From positions 248,001-312,000 of the forward strand of contig CDRNST010000099.1 of the NCBI GenBank assembly GCA_977016875.1: DNA of 64,000 nt, written 5' to 3'. Position numbers and translations under genes: made by a program. The stretch comes from Pavona decussata (taxonomy: Eukaryota). Below the pieces are notes generated by a model, which was not told the origin of the DNA, made no database searches, and saw only the letters and a program-made list of their open reading frames with translations. Positions 50,498 through 63,200 of the stretch are shown one piece after another (positions within the stretch are counted from its first letter, which is position 1; each line of letters begins with the position of its first letter).

Positions 50498-52479
50498 TTT
50501 GTTTACTTCTAGGTAATTGTTTGAGTGGTGCATATTTGTTCGCTATTTGGTTGATATGGTCAATCAGTTTAGTAGAGCGATCGTTTAGATCAATGCTGTT
50601 TTTTAACAAAATATTCCAGTCTGTTTTTCTTAGTTCGTTTAAAAATGCTTCTTTATTAAAATGTTTGTAGTCTCTATAGGACTCTATAAGACTGTTTTTC
50701 GTGATTTGTTTTTACTTTGGTGTTGGAAAGACAGCAGACAGGTAGGTGATCAGATATGTCAAATAGAGCAATCCCAGAACAGAGGTGCATTGTCGGCGCA
50801 TTAGTGTAAATATGATCGATCAGGGTTTTAGGATGTTCGGTTATTCGACTTGGTTTAGTGATGACCAGAGTCCTATTATTAGAAAACAACATATCTAAAT
50901 ATTTTTCTGTAGGGTTGTGTGTAGGAAATTTGTCAAAATCTATGTTGGTATCACCTAAAATAAAGACAAGGCGTTTGTCTTGATTGAGATTGCGGCGTAT
51001 CTCTGCTAGATTTTCTGTGAATTGTTCAAAATTGGATTTCGGGTGTCTATAAATGCAGCCAATGACAATCGGTTCTTTAGTCTTATGCCGGTATCTACTT
51101 CAGTCTACCAGGATTCTACCAATTCTTGGTTGATTTCTAGATCTTTCCTTGAATTGACTTTGCAGTGTTTTGCAATGTAGATTCCTGCACCGCCAGCCAC
51201 TGTTTTTGAGTCTGTGTGGAAAAAATTATATCCTGCGATATCGATATTAGTAATATTGGTTTCATTAAGTTTAGTTTCAGTTACAGCTGAAACATCAGGG
51301 CTTTTAAACAATAGGGAGAGTAATTCGTGTAAAAGATGTCTGTTATTCGATAGACTTCTTACGTTACAATGAAAGAGAAGGAATGTTTTGTTTTCGCTTT
51401 GTTGTTCTACAAAGGTATTTAAATTTTGCGCTGAATGGTAATTAGATATGACATTGTTTAACATAAAATCCGGATCGTTTTCATCAAGCTTATCTGGGTT
51501 TGGCAATAAATTGTAAAGATCTGATTCAGCATCAATATTGTCATATCTAGTAGGGGAGCGATCAGTAATCTCAGGCAAAGTGAATTTTTAAATACAATCT
51601 GTTGCTATATACTAGAGATACTTAGCTAGATTAATTAAGACACTTTAATGAAGTCATCAAATTCTTCGTCTGTGGTGAAGGTAAATACCTCAGATCTGTC
51701 GATCTGACGCAAGAGAATCTTACCGTTCACGGTCCAGACATGTTTCTATTTATTTTCCTTGTGAAACTCGTTGACTCTGCCAAAAAGTTTGCAGCGGTAT
51801 CTAGTGAGGGACTCATTGATGTATATCTTTGAATCAGTGGTTATGCTCGTCCCAAATTCAGCTTTAATCAACGGAAGGTCTTTCACAGTTTTCCCTATCA
51901 GTTGACCACGACTGGCGTAGAACTTATCTCGCATGTCGCAATGGACAAATGTCACGATGAGTCTGTCTGGTACTGTTTTCGTCCGTGGGAGTCTGTGAGC
52001 TGTAGATATGTGGTGAACAGTAATTTCGTCTATACCCATTAGCTCGGCCACCTCGACTGCAATTTGTTTTGGATCGTCCAGTGGCGGGACAGGCACGCCA
52101 TTTATTTCAATGCAATCCCTTCGTGAGTACTGTTGTAGATGGTCCAGGGTCTTTTCAAGCCGGTAGTTTTCGTCTTTCCCATCTGCCATATGTTCCTCTA
52201 GCTGGTTTAGGGATTTAGTGGTGTCCGCGGCCTGTTTCTTCATCACTTGGATGGTTTTTGTAATATTGTCGTATTCGGCGGGCAGCCATTTTTGAGTCCT
52301 CAATTTCATTGATTTTCTTAGATAAATCTTTCATCTCTTGTCTACTTACTGTAATTTCGGCTTTAAATTCAGCTCTTATACTTGGTAAAAACTTCTTTTC
52401 CCAAAGTTGGGTAAAGGAGTCTACAGTTAAGCTCATTTTCGTCAAGAGCTCTACTGCCACGTCCGTTCGCTTCAAACGC

Positions 52480-53410
52480 TCAAAGGACCATTCGTAGACT
52501 TACCAATATACCTTCTTATTGTTTTCTACTTTTGAATTTTCTATTTTGCAACGGTTTTTGTAACGGTTCTGGTCAATATCATATTACTGAAGTATATAAA
52601 CCCCAGCAATGCTACAGTGTATATAGAATTTAACTGATGAGTAGACCAAATCCTCATTGGTCCACAAAACAGTACTGTATTAAAGTCTATATGAAACGAT
52701 ATTGAGTAGACAAGTATTGTTATCACTGCTCCATTATTGTTAAGCACTTTCCTGGATTTATCAGTGTGGAACTCACCTGAAGCCATATCAAGCTCCTGAA
52801 CTGTCGAGCACTGTGCTACTGAACATCCAAACATGGAACGTATATCGTTCAACTACTCAACCAAGAACATCCCTGTCACATCAAGGCAACAATACATCAG
52901 ACAACTTGTTGACAAGACCGAACAGTTCCTGTGCAGAATGAGATGGAAAGCTTATCACTTTTTAAGCCAAACCCAACAACCAGGGAAAGAAAATTTCGGA
53001 TTCAAAACAACAAACCACCCTCCAGTCATTGAAGAGTTAAAGGAATTCAAGGATGACATGACAAAGATAATCCAAAAGGTCAAATTCAAGAATATCAAGT
53101 GTCAGTTTCAAAAAGACCTCAACGATGACATCAAATCAATTAAAAGTGACAACCACCTACTCGTAGAGGCCGATAAATCAACAAACTTCTACAAATTGGA
53201 GACCACAAAGTACAATCAGCTCCTACATGACATCACTAAAACCTACAAAAAGGGAGAGGTTAACCAACTAAACAACATTGCGAAAACAATCACCGAGAAA
53301 CTAAGTATTGATGACCGCGTTGAAATGACTGCCACAAAAGAAGCTTTTATCACCCTAAAAGATCACAAGGACAATTTTGAGAATTAACCCACGTGTATAT
53401 ATATTTGACT
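52480..53410 (+). mobile_element. Penelope-like UTR and ORF N-terminus (probable tandem partner of 44800-46310)
   Basis: MERISFNYSTKNIP..RMRWKA..ADKSTNFY..AFITLKDHKDNFEN, preceded by a hammerhead motif. Confidence 0.85.
52626..52688 (+). ncRNA. type I hammerhead ribozyme with one core mutation
   Basis: tttaa CTGATGA gtagaccaa-atcctca-ttggtccac AAAA (for GAAA) cagtactg TA ttaaa. Confidence 0.75.
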
Positions 53411-53520
53411 ACCAGTGGATAAACTGAATACTTAATCTGGTATAAAAGTGCTCAATGGTAAAAACAAAGCTGTGAATAAAAGATGAACTTTTGGAGTCGG
53501 ACTAGTTCACACACATTTAA

Positions 53521-53566
53521 TTGCTACTCGGAGTTTCATGCTTCTAGCGAAGCAATCATCAGGCAA
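53521..53566 (-). ncRNA. minimal type I hammerhead ribozyme with intact core
   Basis: minus strand: ttgc CTGATGA t-tgcttc-gcta-gaagca-t GAAA ctccgag TA gcaa. Confidence 0.85.
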
Positions 53567-53989
53567 CTGACAACAATAACGATTACGTGGAATGATATAC
53601 AAATTTGAAAATAGGGAACAATGCTTGCTTGCGTGATGTGTCAAGATTCTATTGGGCGCCAAAACTATAAAAATATATAACAAAAATATATATAGAGATT
53701 ACAACGATTAAGACGGGGGAGTTACTAACAAACAGAAGAGCAGTTTTCAAGTTTACATTGCCATTCAAATTTCCTCAGTAATTCTACAGAGTTGGGTGTC
53801 TTAAAAAGTGTTATACAAGTGTATAGATGATATTTTCTGTATAACAGGAGAATATGTAGTCTGCATTCTTGGGTGTTCGTCAGTTTGTGCAAGCACTTTA
53901 TCTAGCCTTACGATAGGAGTGGAGAAGTCCCATCCAAGGGTAAAAGTTTTTTTCGGCAAAAGAGTTAAACCTGAGCAGATGACAAAAGC

Positions 53990-55640
53990 TCTTCAACCAC
54001 TTCAAAGTACTATTGAGAATGACCCCACCATATGAGCCAATCCAGAGAACAGGAAATGAGGTACTTCCAGTTGATGTGTTGCTTACTAGCACCTAACAGC
54101 AATCCAAACATGCCACCCCATGGTATTTTCCATCCTTATAGCAGTTCTTCTTCTGATGATTTTCATTATCATAGCCATAATTTTGCGCAATAATCTGTGT
54201 CCAATCCCAGAGCTAGTAGCAGTCGCCCAAGTACCCCATCCTTAGGCTACACACTATTGATGTCGATCTTTAAAGGAGTCAACGGAAATCAACAAGAGAT
54301 ACCACAAACCATTGAGTTCAGAGAGTTCTCTTTTGATGGCACTTGTAGAAAGCTACAAACAAGCTTCTCATCATAGTACCAGGAAACAAATACTTAAAGT
54401 GGTCGCAGACAAGCAGTCATTCAACGACCTAGAGAAACTTATGTCAGGTCTTTAACGGTATAGATTCTCATCTGCCCATCTTCATCACCTTTAGCATGGA
54501 ATGGAAGCTTTTCCACTTCTAAAGCCCATGGCAGTCCGGGAGAGAGTTGACCCAGCAAGACTGGAACATTTTATTGACTTTATTACAAGTCAACATGTCA
54601 TTCAAGACCTTCTGTTTGGGAGATGAAAACTTACACTGTCTACTGGGGAAACTCTTGAGATTCCAAATGTTGTTCGGCAACTTATTCCAACCTGCCTGGT
54701 TAACCAGTACTATCAGTTTAGCCACGAGACTGGATTTACCCCACTTGAAAAAAGCACCTTATTAAAGATCCTCTCTGAAAGTTGTGGTGCCTCTGTCAGA
54801 AGGTGTATGCAAGACCTTGATAACTACTTGGCTGATGGGGCAAGATCTTTTGACAAGTTACTCAATGTCGTAGAAAAACGTTCAGAAGTCGGACTTGAGG
54901 GAAACACTGCCACTTGACTTAAGGAAACGCTAAAGGATGGAAAGCAATATCTAAAGGGAGACTACAGAGTATGTATTTTGGTTATTTGTGTTTGCCTTAA
55001 AATGTATATCTCTAATAATAATAAGCTTTATTTACCCATCTTGGCCGAGAGACTGTATAAAGTCTTGTACTGTATATTTTGCAATTGACTCTTCAGCGAC
55101 GTATATCGAGTTTCGATGTACGTGGGAAGTTTGGAGAGCAAGAGAGAAGCCCCAGAGTTGCTCTAGGAACATTGAAAAGCAACCCTCACTTCTTGAGGAC
55201 TTTCCAAACTTCTCAAGTGCATCATAACTTGATATACGTATAGCTAAATGCATAAATCAATTGCTGTCAAGAATTTTAGCAGCAATTGAATTTCAGATTC
55301 TGATGATGTAGCGAAGGGCCCTCTTTCGTCGTTGTTCCTGTTGTTTGCCTTCGGGGCTGAACACTCTAATCCCACTGATAAAAATTATGATACACACCTA
55401 TGAATACTGCATTTGATTGCGCGACATTACTACTTATGTAGTTATAAATGGATATTTGGCTATAATTTCCTACTCCTTTATCTTTCCTCTATCTATTTTA
55501 TTTAAGGTCCACATGTCCCCCAAGTCTACCATTTCTGACCACTCCAGAACGTTTGCATTAAGTGATGCCGAAAACTCTGAATTTCAACAGCCATGCAATC
55601 ATGAACACAAGGAATCTTGTAATAGATGCCTTAACCTAAG
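53990..55640 (+). pseudogene. decayed large transposase-like gene (family uncertain, possibly Sola-type)
   Basis: LEHFIDFITSQHVIQDL..LSTGETLEIPNVVR..QYY..STLLKIL..KQYLKGDYR, then an intron, then VHMS..DHSRTFALSD..CNHEHKESCNRC. Confidence 0.5.
55085..55262. repeat. large imperfect hairpin of Crypton terminal type, inside an intron
   Basis: cgtatatcgagtttcgatgtacgtgggaagtttgga pairs with tccaaacttctcaagtgcatcataacttgatatacg. Confidence 0.6.
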
Positions 55641-56120
55641 TCAGGTGAGTAACTTGTAAAAGTTTAAGACGAGATTTTTTTGAACTTTGAGCAATGTGCG
55701 GCCGAAATTCCCATGACCCACTGATCACTCGTCAGCATTCACGTGTTTTGCATCCGGAGTGAAAATATTTTGCTTTTCTCTTTTCCCTTCGCTTTTTATC
55801 CACCTTAAAAAACGGATATGAAGCATTTGCTATGGTAGAAAAAACTCCAACGATGTAAACCGTCATTTGGCCTATGTATAATTGAGATTAAGAAGTATAA
55901 AGCGTCATCAGATGCAATCAACGTGTGGTCTTGGAGAAGAATGGCTTATCCCGCCCATTAACTTTCGATAACAGCTTGGCTAATCCAGTAATTTAAAGGT
56001 ATGTTACACTTTAGCTATAAAGGATCAGTTATTTCTTTTAGTAATAATCCACATCACAGAAATCCATTTAAAGGAACAGTTTGAAACACTGTTTGCCCTG
56101 TTATGATAAGGCAAGAATTA

Positions 56121-56917
56121 AACCCCATTTACACGAGCAAAAAGATTGGCACAGCACCCCCAAATTTGCGCAACGTGCCCAACCTATTTTGGCACGGCAC
56201 TTTTTGTTTACACGAGCCAAAATTGATTTTTTTCCACAAATGGACCAGGTGCCTATTTTGAGTTGGCACCCCTAATATTCAGCTGTTGTTTTCCCGGGAA
56301 AATGGCGGCAAATCGTACTCTTGTAGCTTTTTATTGGTTATTGGCTAGAAATCATCGCTTGGAACATGAAGACGACCATCAACGTTTCCGACTGGAAAAA
56401 CAACAATATCGAAAAGCAATCCAATAAATCAAGAGAAGCGGGCAGAAGAAAAACTGGATTTTTGTGGGTTTTGGTACGCAGAACAAATGTCTTATGATGA
56501 CTTTGCGTTTTCTAAGGCAATCTGTATAGTTTCTTCTGCCCACAGTTCTATTAATGTATCAGTGGCCTCGTCCACCAAATTTATCCCACAATTAATCTTC
56601 TTATTATTCGAATTCTTCTGCTTACTTGCAGCAACCACTGTGTCGTCTGCCATTTTGTAAATGCCGCGCATGCGCATATTGCCCGAATATGTTGGAAATT
56701 GCTCAAAAATAAACAGGAATGGCACTGCTAAGCGTTTATACGCACACATTTTTCGGCACGGTGCCTTGTTTAACTTTGCCGAGACCACCTCACCACCTTA
56801 TTTTGGGCACACTATGTTTACGCATTTAAAATCAGGAGTGCCATGACAAAAAGTTGGCGACACCGTACCGAACTTTCGGGGTGGGGTGCCTATTTTTTAG
56901 TGCGTGTAAATGGGGTT
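56121..56917. mobile_element. PIF/Harbinger internal-deletion derivative
   Basis: 15-bp TIR AACCCCATTTACACG with TTA/TAA flanks; convergent gene stubs: plus MAANRTLVAFLLVL.. and minus Myb/SANT-like MADD..TDTLIELWAEETIQ. Confidence 0.8.
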
Positions 56918-59859
56918 TAACCGGTGAAGTGTATACCTGTAGATATTTTTATCCGCCGGCATATCCCTATGAAATCCTCGATCCTTGAGTGAAAATTTCG
57001 ATTATACCGTTTTTTATGAACTTTTATGTAAAAGAACATAGTCAGAATAGAGATTTAAACTGAAACGGTTCTGCTTTACTTTAGAATTAATGAATACAAG
57101 CGCAATATTCATTGTTGGGATTTCCATGGTTTGTTGATTGCAAAATCAATTTCCTCGTGCGAACTGAAAATTATTTATATTCCTTTCACACGAACAATTC
57201 TCTGAAAATGTTGTTGTACTTAGGATTACTGACCTAAAGCAATTTTATTCATATATTTTACACTCGATACTAACATTCAAGTAAACTATATTTCAACCGG
57301 TTGTTTTTTCTTCAACTCAAACTTGTAGGCTAATGCAATGTCAACACTCAAACATCGGCCCTGCAACAAGAGATCTGGTTATCTATGGTAAGTATTGAGT
57401 TGCTGAACATACTGTTATTTTGAACTTCATATATAGTGTTTTTATTTTGTATGATGTAATGCAATTGCAATGGTGACTTTTGCTCATGATTTAAGATTTG
57501 TTCGCCACAAAAATAATTGCTCGTGAATTGAATAATGAAGCAACTTGTTTTCCGCTTTATCCTTGATTAGTTGTGTTGTGTACCGGAGAGTTATCCTAAC
57601 AAAACAGGCGTCTAGAGAACAAGCTTGCCAGTACTGCTCAAGTTGACGTCATTTCGTTTTTGAACTGGTTGTACAATTGCAATTTGAAAATGCGCAAGCG
57701 TGGTTTGCTTATAACTAAATTTGATAGAAATTTGATAGCAGCTCCATCGCGGTCAAGATTCTTTCTCATCAAACTGCAAATATTTCGCTTGCACGGCTTG
57801 TATTTGAACACAGATATTTTATAGTTTTGCATACATTTTATGGTAAGTTCACATCATTCCCATGTTTTGCTCAGGAATATGAAGCTATTAAAATCGTAAC
57901 AGTGTTACTGAAGTCTGCAGCTACTGTACTTGGAATGACAACTATCAAAAAGAAACTGATTTAAGCCCATCTGTACAGTCTGTAAAATTTAAATGCCATT
58001 TATTTGCGATTTCTTATCGATTAGCCTCGTTTGTTTTGGTTTGAAGTAAACTTTCCATTGATCAGAAATTATTTTCACCATCAAAATTCCTACCGTTTTC
58101 CTTAGCTGTTGATCAACCATCGTGGAAAAGCATGGCAAAGTTGGCGTGGAGAGCAACACAAGACAACCTGCCCTTGCTGTTGTTTTGCCAACATGTCTGC
58201 AAAACAACCTAAATATCCCCTCAGGTAGTTGAGAATTTCCAAGTTTTTTTATTTGGGAGTAGTACAATTTAACATGTTTTCTGAAGTTCAGTCTAAAAAT
58301 ACTAATTTTAACCTAAATGCTGTAACGTTATAGTGCCAATCCAATCTTCTAAGGCAACGAAAACTTCTAACAGGTAGTTTTGAGTTGCAAGGTGTTGTTT
58401 TCGTGGAGGAAGTCGAGAGGTAGATATACATAAAATACATTTTTTCAAATCTGAATTTCATTCTAATCAATCAAATCTTGCATGAAAATATTTATTTCCA
58501 CAATTGCATTATATTTCAGAAGCCCTGAAAAATTACAAAAGCAAAAAGAAGAAGGAATTAAAAGAAGGGGAGAATTAAAAGAAAGATTGGCAAAAGAGAA
58601 GAAAAATTGAGAAAGAAAACAAAAAGAAAAACTAAAATTTAAAGACTAGCATAATATGCAACATTGTTTATTTACTATCAATCTGTGATCTGTTTCCTTT
58701 ATGTTTTTAAGATCTTGTTTTAATTACATTTTGAAATGTAATTACTTTTATTTGTATACCGGTACATATTATAAAAAGGAATCTATGTGAAAACAATCCA
58801 AATGACTGTTGATATCTTGTTTGAGGATTGGAATTATAGTTCAGTTCAGTATAAGCATTGCCACCTAACTACAAGTTTGAAAATGTAATATTAAAAAATG
58901 GCATAAAGGGAATTTTAAATGTCCCTTAAAGTCGCTTTGGATTAGTTTTAATGCACCTTGAAATAACATAACAGTATTCAAAATCTAAAAATTCTGTCAT
59001 ACCAGTTATTGTTTTTGCCAATCTCGTCTCCTTCAACCTATCTATGTTTACTCCATAAATGTGTGTCCCCCATAGCCGTCCATTTGTTCCTTTTTCGATT
59101 TTTTTATTTTGAAAAATACAAGCACAGAAAGCTATACTTTGTAAATGACCGTTCAGAAGGAGCATTTTTGAGGGGTATGTGTTTAGTTTAAACAATAAAT
59201 AATTATTCATGAAAAAGAGAAATTTTGAATAAAAAGCTACCTTGTTTAAAGAAAATAGGCAATAAAATCTCATTAATCTGTTTTGCTTAAATGTATTTTA
59301 TCTGCTTTAACGTTAAGAACCAAGGGGTAACGGTCTAGGACAACGTATGCAAACAAGCAACGGAAGTTTTCAGTCAATTCTAATAAACTTGAAAGATACC
59401 ACATGAACAGATTATTGAAATATACAGTTCGTACCTCAAAGTCAAACCACAGTAACGAAATACTATTTTAACATATACAAGTAAATTTGTTACTCATAAT
59501 AGAAAGCATACCAATAGCCAATGGAACAGTTGAAAAGGGTTTAAACGCCAAGGAACAAAAGCCGGTTCATCTCTGCCAGCAAAGAATCATAAACCGCGCA
59601 AAAGCTTTGCATCGCGCGAAGAAACAAAAGAGCCAGAAACTGCGAAATTTGTCAAAGGAAAAACACAATACAAAGCGGTCTTCCAGCTAAGCGCAAGCGA
59701 AGCAAAAACGTTACTGTTAAGCAACTAACAACTAAAGGGTGAAAATATATTAGATAAGAAAAAACAGCGCAAAACCAACACACATTCCAACCTGTGTTAT
59801 GGTGCAAAAAAAGGAGACCACTGAACGCCTGGTAAACTACCTGACCACTCTTTTGATCA

Positions 59860-60400
59860 GTCAAGAGTGATTGCAGTCACACCTATGACTCATCTCTTTA
59901 TGGACACACCAAAGCTCTCGGTGTTGATTTGCAAATCCTGGGAACTGACAACGTTATAGCAGGGCAACTGAAAGAAGTTGTGGGTTTTAGTGTTGACAAT
60001 GGTCCTTCTGAATCCCTGTCAAGTTTTCTTGTGCAAATGCTGCTTGTTCAGTTTTTAAAAGTTCTTAACCTGGATAAGGTAATGCAGCTAGCTTTTGCAA
60101 AGTACGTAAGCAAAAGGAACCCTGAAGAAAGGGTTCATGCCATTGAAAACAGGGCATTGTCTAGTCATGGCCCTTTCTGTTCCAAAGCAATTGACGAGCA
60201 TGTGTCTCCGGGAAGCAAGGAACACAAACAAACATGAAACACATGGCAAGCAAAGTTTGCAAATGCATAGGCAATGCAGTTTACAATAAGGAGCCAATAC
60301 AGTGCTTTCGGGGGATTTTTGAAGACAAGTTTGTCTCTAACGACCAGAGCAGCTTAAAATCCTTAAGTTTATTTTCCCATGAGAGGAGAGAACTTTAAAG
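59860..60400 (+). pseudogene. DDE-transposase-like fragment (family uncertain)
   Basis: FSVDNGPSE..SKRNPEERVHAIENRAL. Confidence 0.35.
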
Positions 60401-60666
60401 GATTCTACAGCGAGGACTTCCGCACATAAACATTGCCAAAAACGGCATGTATTGATGAATACAGTGTATCCATTTGCTTCCCTTAATAAGTATTGCACAC
60501 AGTTAAAACAGCAACACTAGGTTACAACCATTTACGTTGTTGTTTTAAAAGCCACAGTAGTAGGCAAAAATTAATTGAAGTGAATGGTTCTTAAACTGCA
60601 TTGGAAACAGCATCTAGGTTCAATATAAACGCAGGTATGTATTCAAGTTCAACACTGAGAAAAAGA

Positions 60667-60820
60667 CATCCTCAGAGGCCCAGGGGCAGTTAAGTCGGGG
60701 CGAACGAAATATAAAACACAATGAAACTCGGAGCAACAAATGTTTTCAAGAACTGAAAATGTTTGTCACTCCGAGTCTCCTCGTGTTTACTTCGTTTCGC
60801 CCCGACTAAATCCGAGGATG
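60667..60820. mobile_element. small palindromic MITE
   Basis: catcctcaga..agtcggggcgaa..actcggag and ctccgagt..ttcgccccgact..tccgaggatg. Confidence 0.7.
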
Positions 60821-61929
60821 AGAAATTGAGTGATTAAAAAAATTAAATAAAATAGCACTGTAGGATCCAGAACTTTCTAGTTGTCCATGGTGGACTGGTA
60901 ACTTGCCAATGAATGTTTTTGCAGGATACTCATAGAGAATAACAGAATTTGTGAAGTATCTTAACATAATTAGAGGCTGGAATTTGGCGAGATGAGTACA
61001 GAAAACTTGCTATTAACTCGTTTGTCTCTCTTTTTCTCTTCTTCATTACATTATTTTGTAAAAATATATACGTCATTAAATGTGCTTGCGATGGTGTTCA
61101 TTTCAAGGGCGCAAAATTAATTTCTCAGCTCATATTGTAAACTTTTAGCTCACAATTTTGTTTCTTTGCGTGCGACTAGTACGGTAGTACCTCCCATCAA
61201 GTACTGCCAATACCGTATTTTACGTTTTAGACCAGCTTCCTTATACAAGAAATAAGTTTAAGGTTATGTATTTACTCTAATTCGAAACTTTTAACTTAGA
61301 CATGTACGCAACGTTTACAACATCATCTCAAATACATGCCTGGCGAGATACACAGGCTTCTTGTTTGTTGTTTGCTATGAAGAACATAATATTCAGCAGT
61401 ATGGGGGAAGGGGGGGTGGTCAAGATTTTTTGGAATTTTCAGGGAGGGGTGGTGGGGTTACCGCGTCGCTAGTCGCTAAAAAGGTTACTCGCTAAAAAGG
61501 AAAATCTGAAAGGGTGGTGGGGTCCTATATGAAATTCCCTCCCTGGTGGGAGTATTAATATTTTTGGAACTACACATTTCAAATAATTTCATCAAAAGTG
61601 GACATTTGAAGCACAAAAAGTTCACGTTATATGGTACGTATTTTTTATTTATTGTCTAAACTATCCAGTAAGTGTATTTTTTTTTACTACATGGTAGACA
61701 ACAAGAACTGTGCGATCCCATACACCCATCTCCAGTATCTTTTCAAATCCGATGAGAATTAAGTTTGGAACATAAATCCTCATGGGAACTCAAAGAAAAG
61801 CTCCTCTTAAAGGTGGGTACTTCCAAGTACCCATGCAAAATTAAAAGAGCTTCAAAAGGAAAAGTGCGACTCCAAAAGAAGCCCTTGACACTGTCTATTG
61901 TTCTGTTGGCAATGTCACTTCTGCCCAAT

Positions 61930-62480
61930 CTCTAGGACAACTTCCCAGGGGGCCAAGAGACATATATAACGCACGATACACAGCTAAAAAATTGGAAAGC
62001 CAAGCAACTAAACACCAAGAAGACTTCAAGAAACAGGCTGACGATTGGATTGGAATGGGCAAAGCGAGAGGGGGAAATCTCCAGAGAAACTATCTTCATT
62101 GGAGAATGTACAATACACCCAGATTTATTCATTGTTTTGGGAAATGGTCGTCAACTCCAAGGGCTTGGCCAATTTTGTACCAATCCAGTAACATTCTGTA
62201 TATTCAGAGTTGACCAAACTTTCAACATTTTCCACCGCAATATCAGTCTCATGGTCACCACATACAGAAACCGGAAGCAGGAAAATAAACAAACAAGCAA
62301 ACCACCTGTGTTTATTGGTCCATTACTGAAGTATCAAAGCAAGGTCTGGAAAACGTACTTCAAGTTTGCCCAGCTTATTACATATGAAAGTCCGGTTCTA
62401 GAGGGAATCTTGGCGTGTGGCACGGACAGAGAAAAAGCATCAATCAATGCTTTCAGGAGAAATTTTCGCTTTGCCAATTT
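61930..62480 (+). pseudogene. MULE (Mutator-like) transposase fragment
   Basis: FC..VDQTFN..VTTYRN..PVFIGP..GTDREKA. Confidence 0.6.
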
Positions 62481-62599
62481 TGAAAACTGCAAACCACACT
62501 GAAACACAGTCTACTTCTGTCCTTAGCCTCATTGCGCGAGAGAGTACCGTTGTTTCAAAGCCTGGGGTGTCTGATGGTTCCTTTGTGTTGGAGTACCTA

Positions 62600-63200
62600 A
62601 TGGACTCCATTCAGAGTATCCATGAACACGAAGTAACCAGTATCATGAAAATGGGATCGGTGGATCAGTTTTTTGTCGTTTGAGGAAAAAAGCGATCACC
62701 TGCAAGTTTGAAAATGTTGATGGGGCAATAAGGGATCAGCTTATTGAGAGATGCAGAGATCCCAGACTTTGCCCTAAGTTCCTTGAGAAAGCAAATGCTA
62801 CTCTGAAGGATTTAGAAGATTTGGCTAGTGTGCAGGAAGCAGTGAACATGCAAGTCAAGGCTACAGATCAGTCATCCGGTCAGGTGAATGCTGTTTCCAA
62901 AAAACCTCACGGCAAAGGAAGAGGAAAAGGGACAGCACAGGGTAGGAATAGAGGAAATAAGCCTGGTAAGCCTATGATTGAGCAAAGTTTCTTCCCAACT
63001 TTGCACCAGAAGCAGAACCACTCAGGAGCCTCCTGAGTAAGAATCAGACTTTCATCTTGGGTAAAACACAGGAAAAGTCATTCCAGAAGTTGAAGCAGCT
63101 AGTTGCACAGGCCACTATGCTTGCATGTTTCAGAGGAGATTGTAACACGCGGGTCATAGCCGATGCAGGTCCACAGATTTTAGGTGCAGTGCTGACTCAA
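62600..63200 (+). mobile_element. Ty3/Gypsy remnant: gag fused to an RT-RNaseH connection fragment
   Basis: SVDQF..LRKKAITCKF..IRDQLI; then KFLPNFA..EPLR..QEKSFQKLK..IADAGP..LGAVLTQ. Confidence 0.7.

Larger units (their letters stand above)
46315..52480 (-). mobile_element. two-ORF LINE (L2/Crack/CR1 group), decayed, with nested insertions
   Basis: ORF1 coil plus QYSRRDCIEING..AHRL..YINESLT (~52475-51690); APE HCNVRSL, TETKL, SDH; RT DLSKAFDT, PQGS, FADD; 3' hairpin at ~46450-46490 and (ATTGA)n tail at ~46315. Confidence 0.9.

Noticed and set aside
55295-55330. CTGATGA as a hammerhead core
   Set aside because: no GAAA or closing stems
61400-61577. G-rich runs as a functional G-quadruplex
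   Set aside because: more simply a fragment of a common MITE end (..ggaactacaca); no evidence of function
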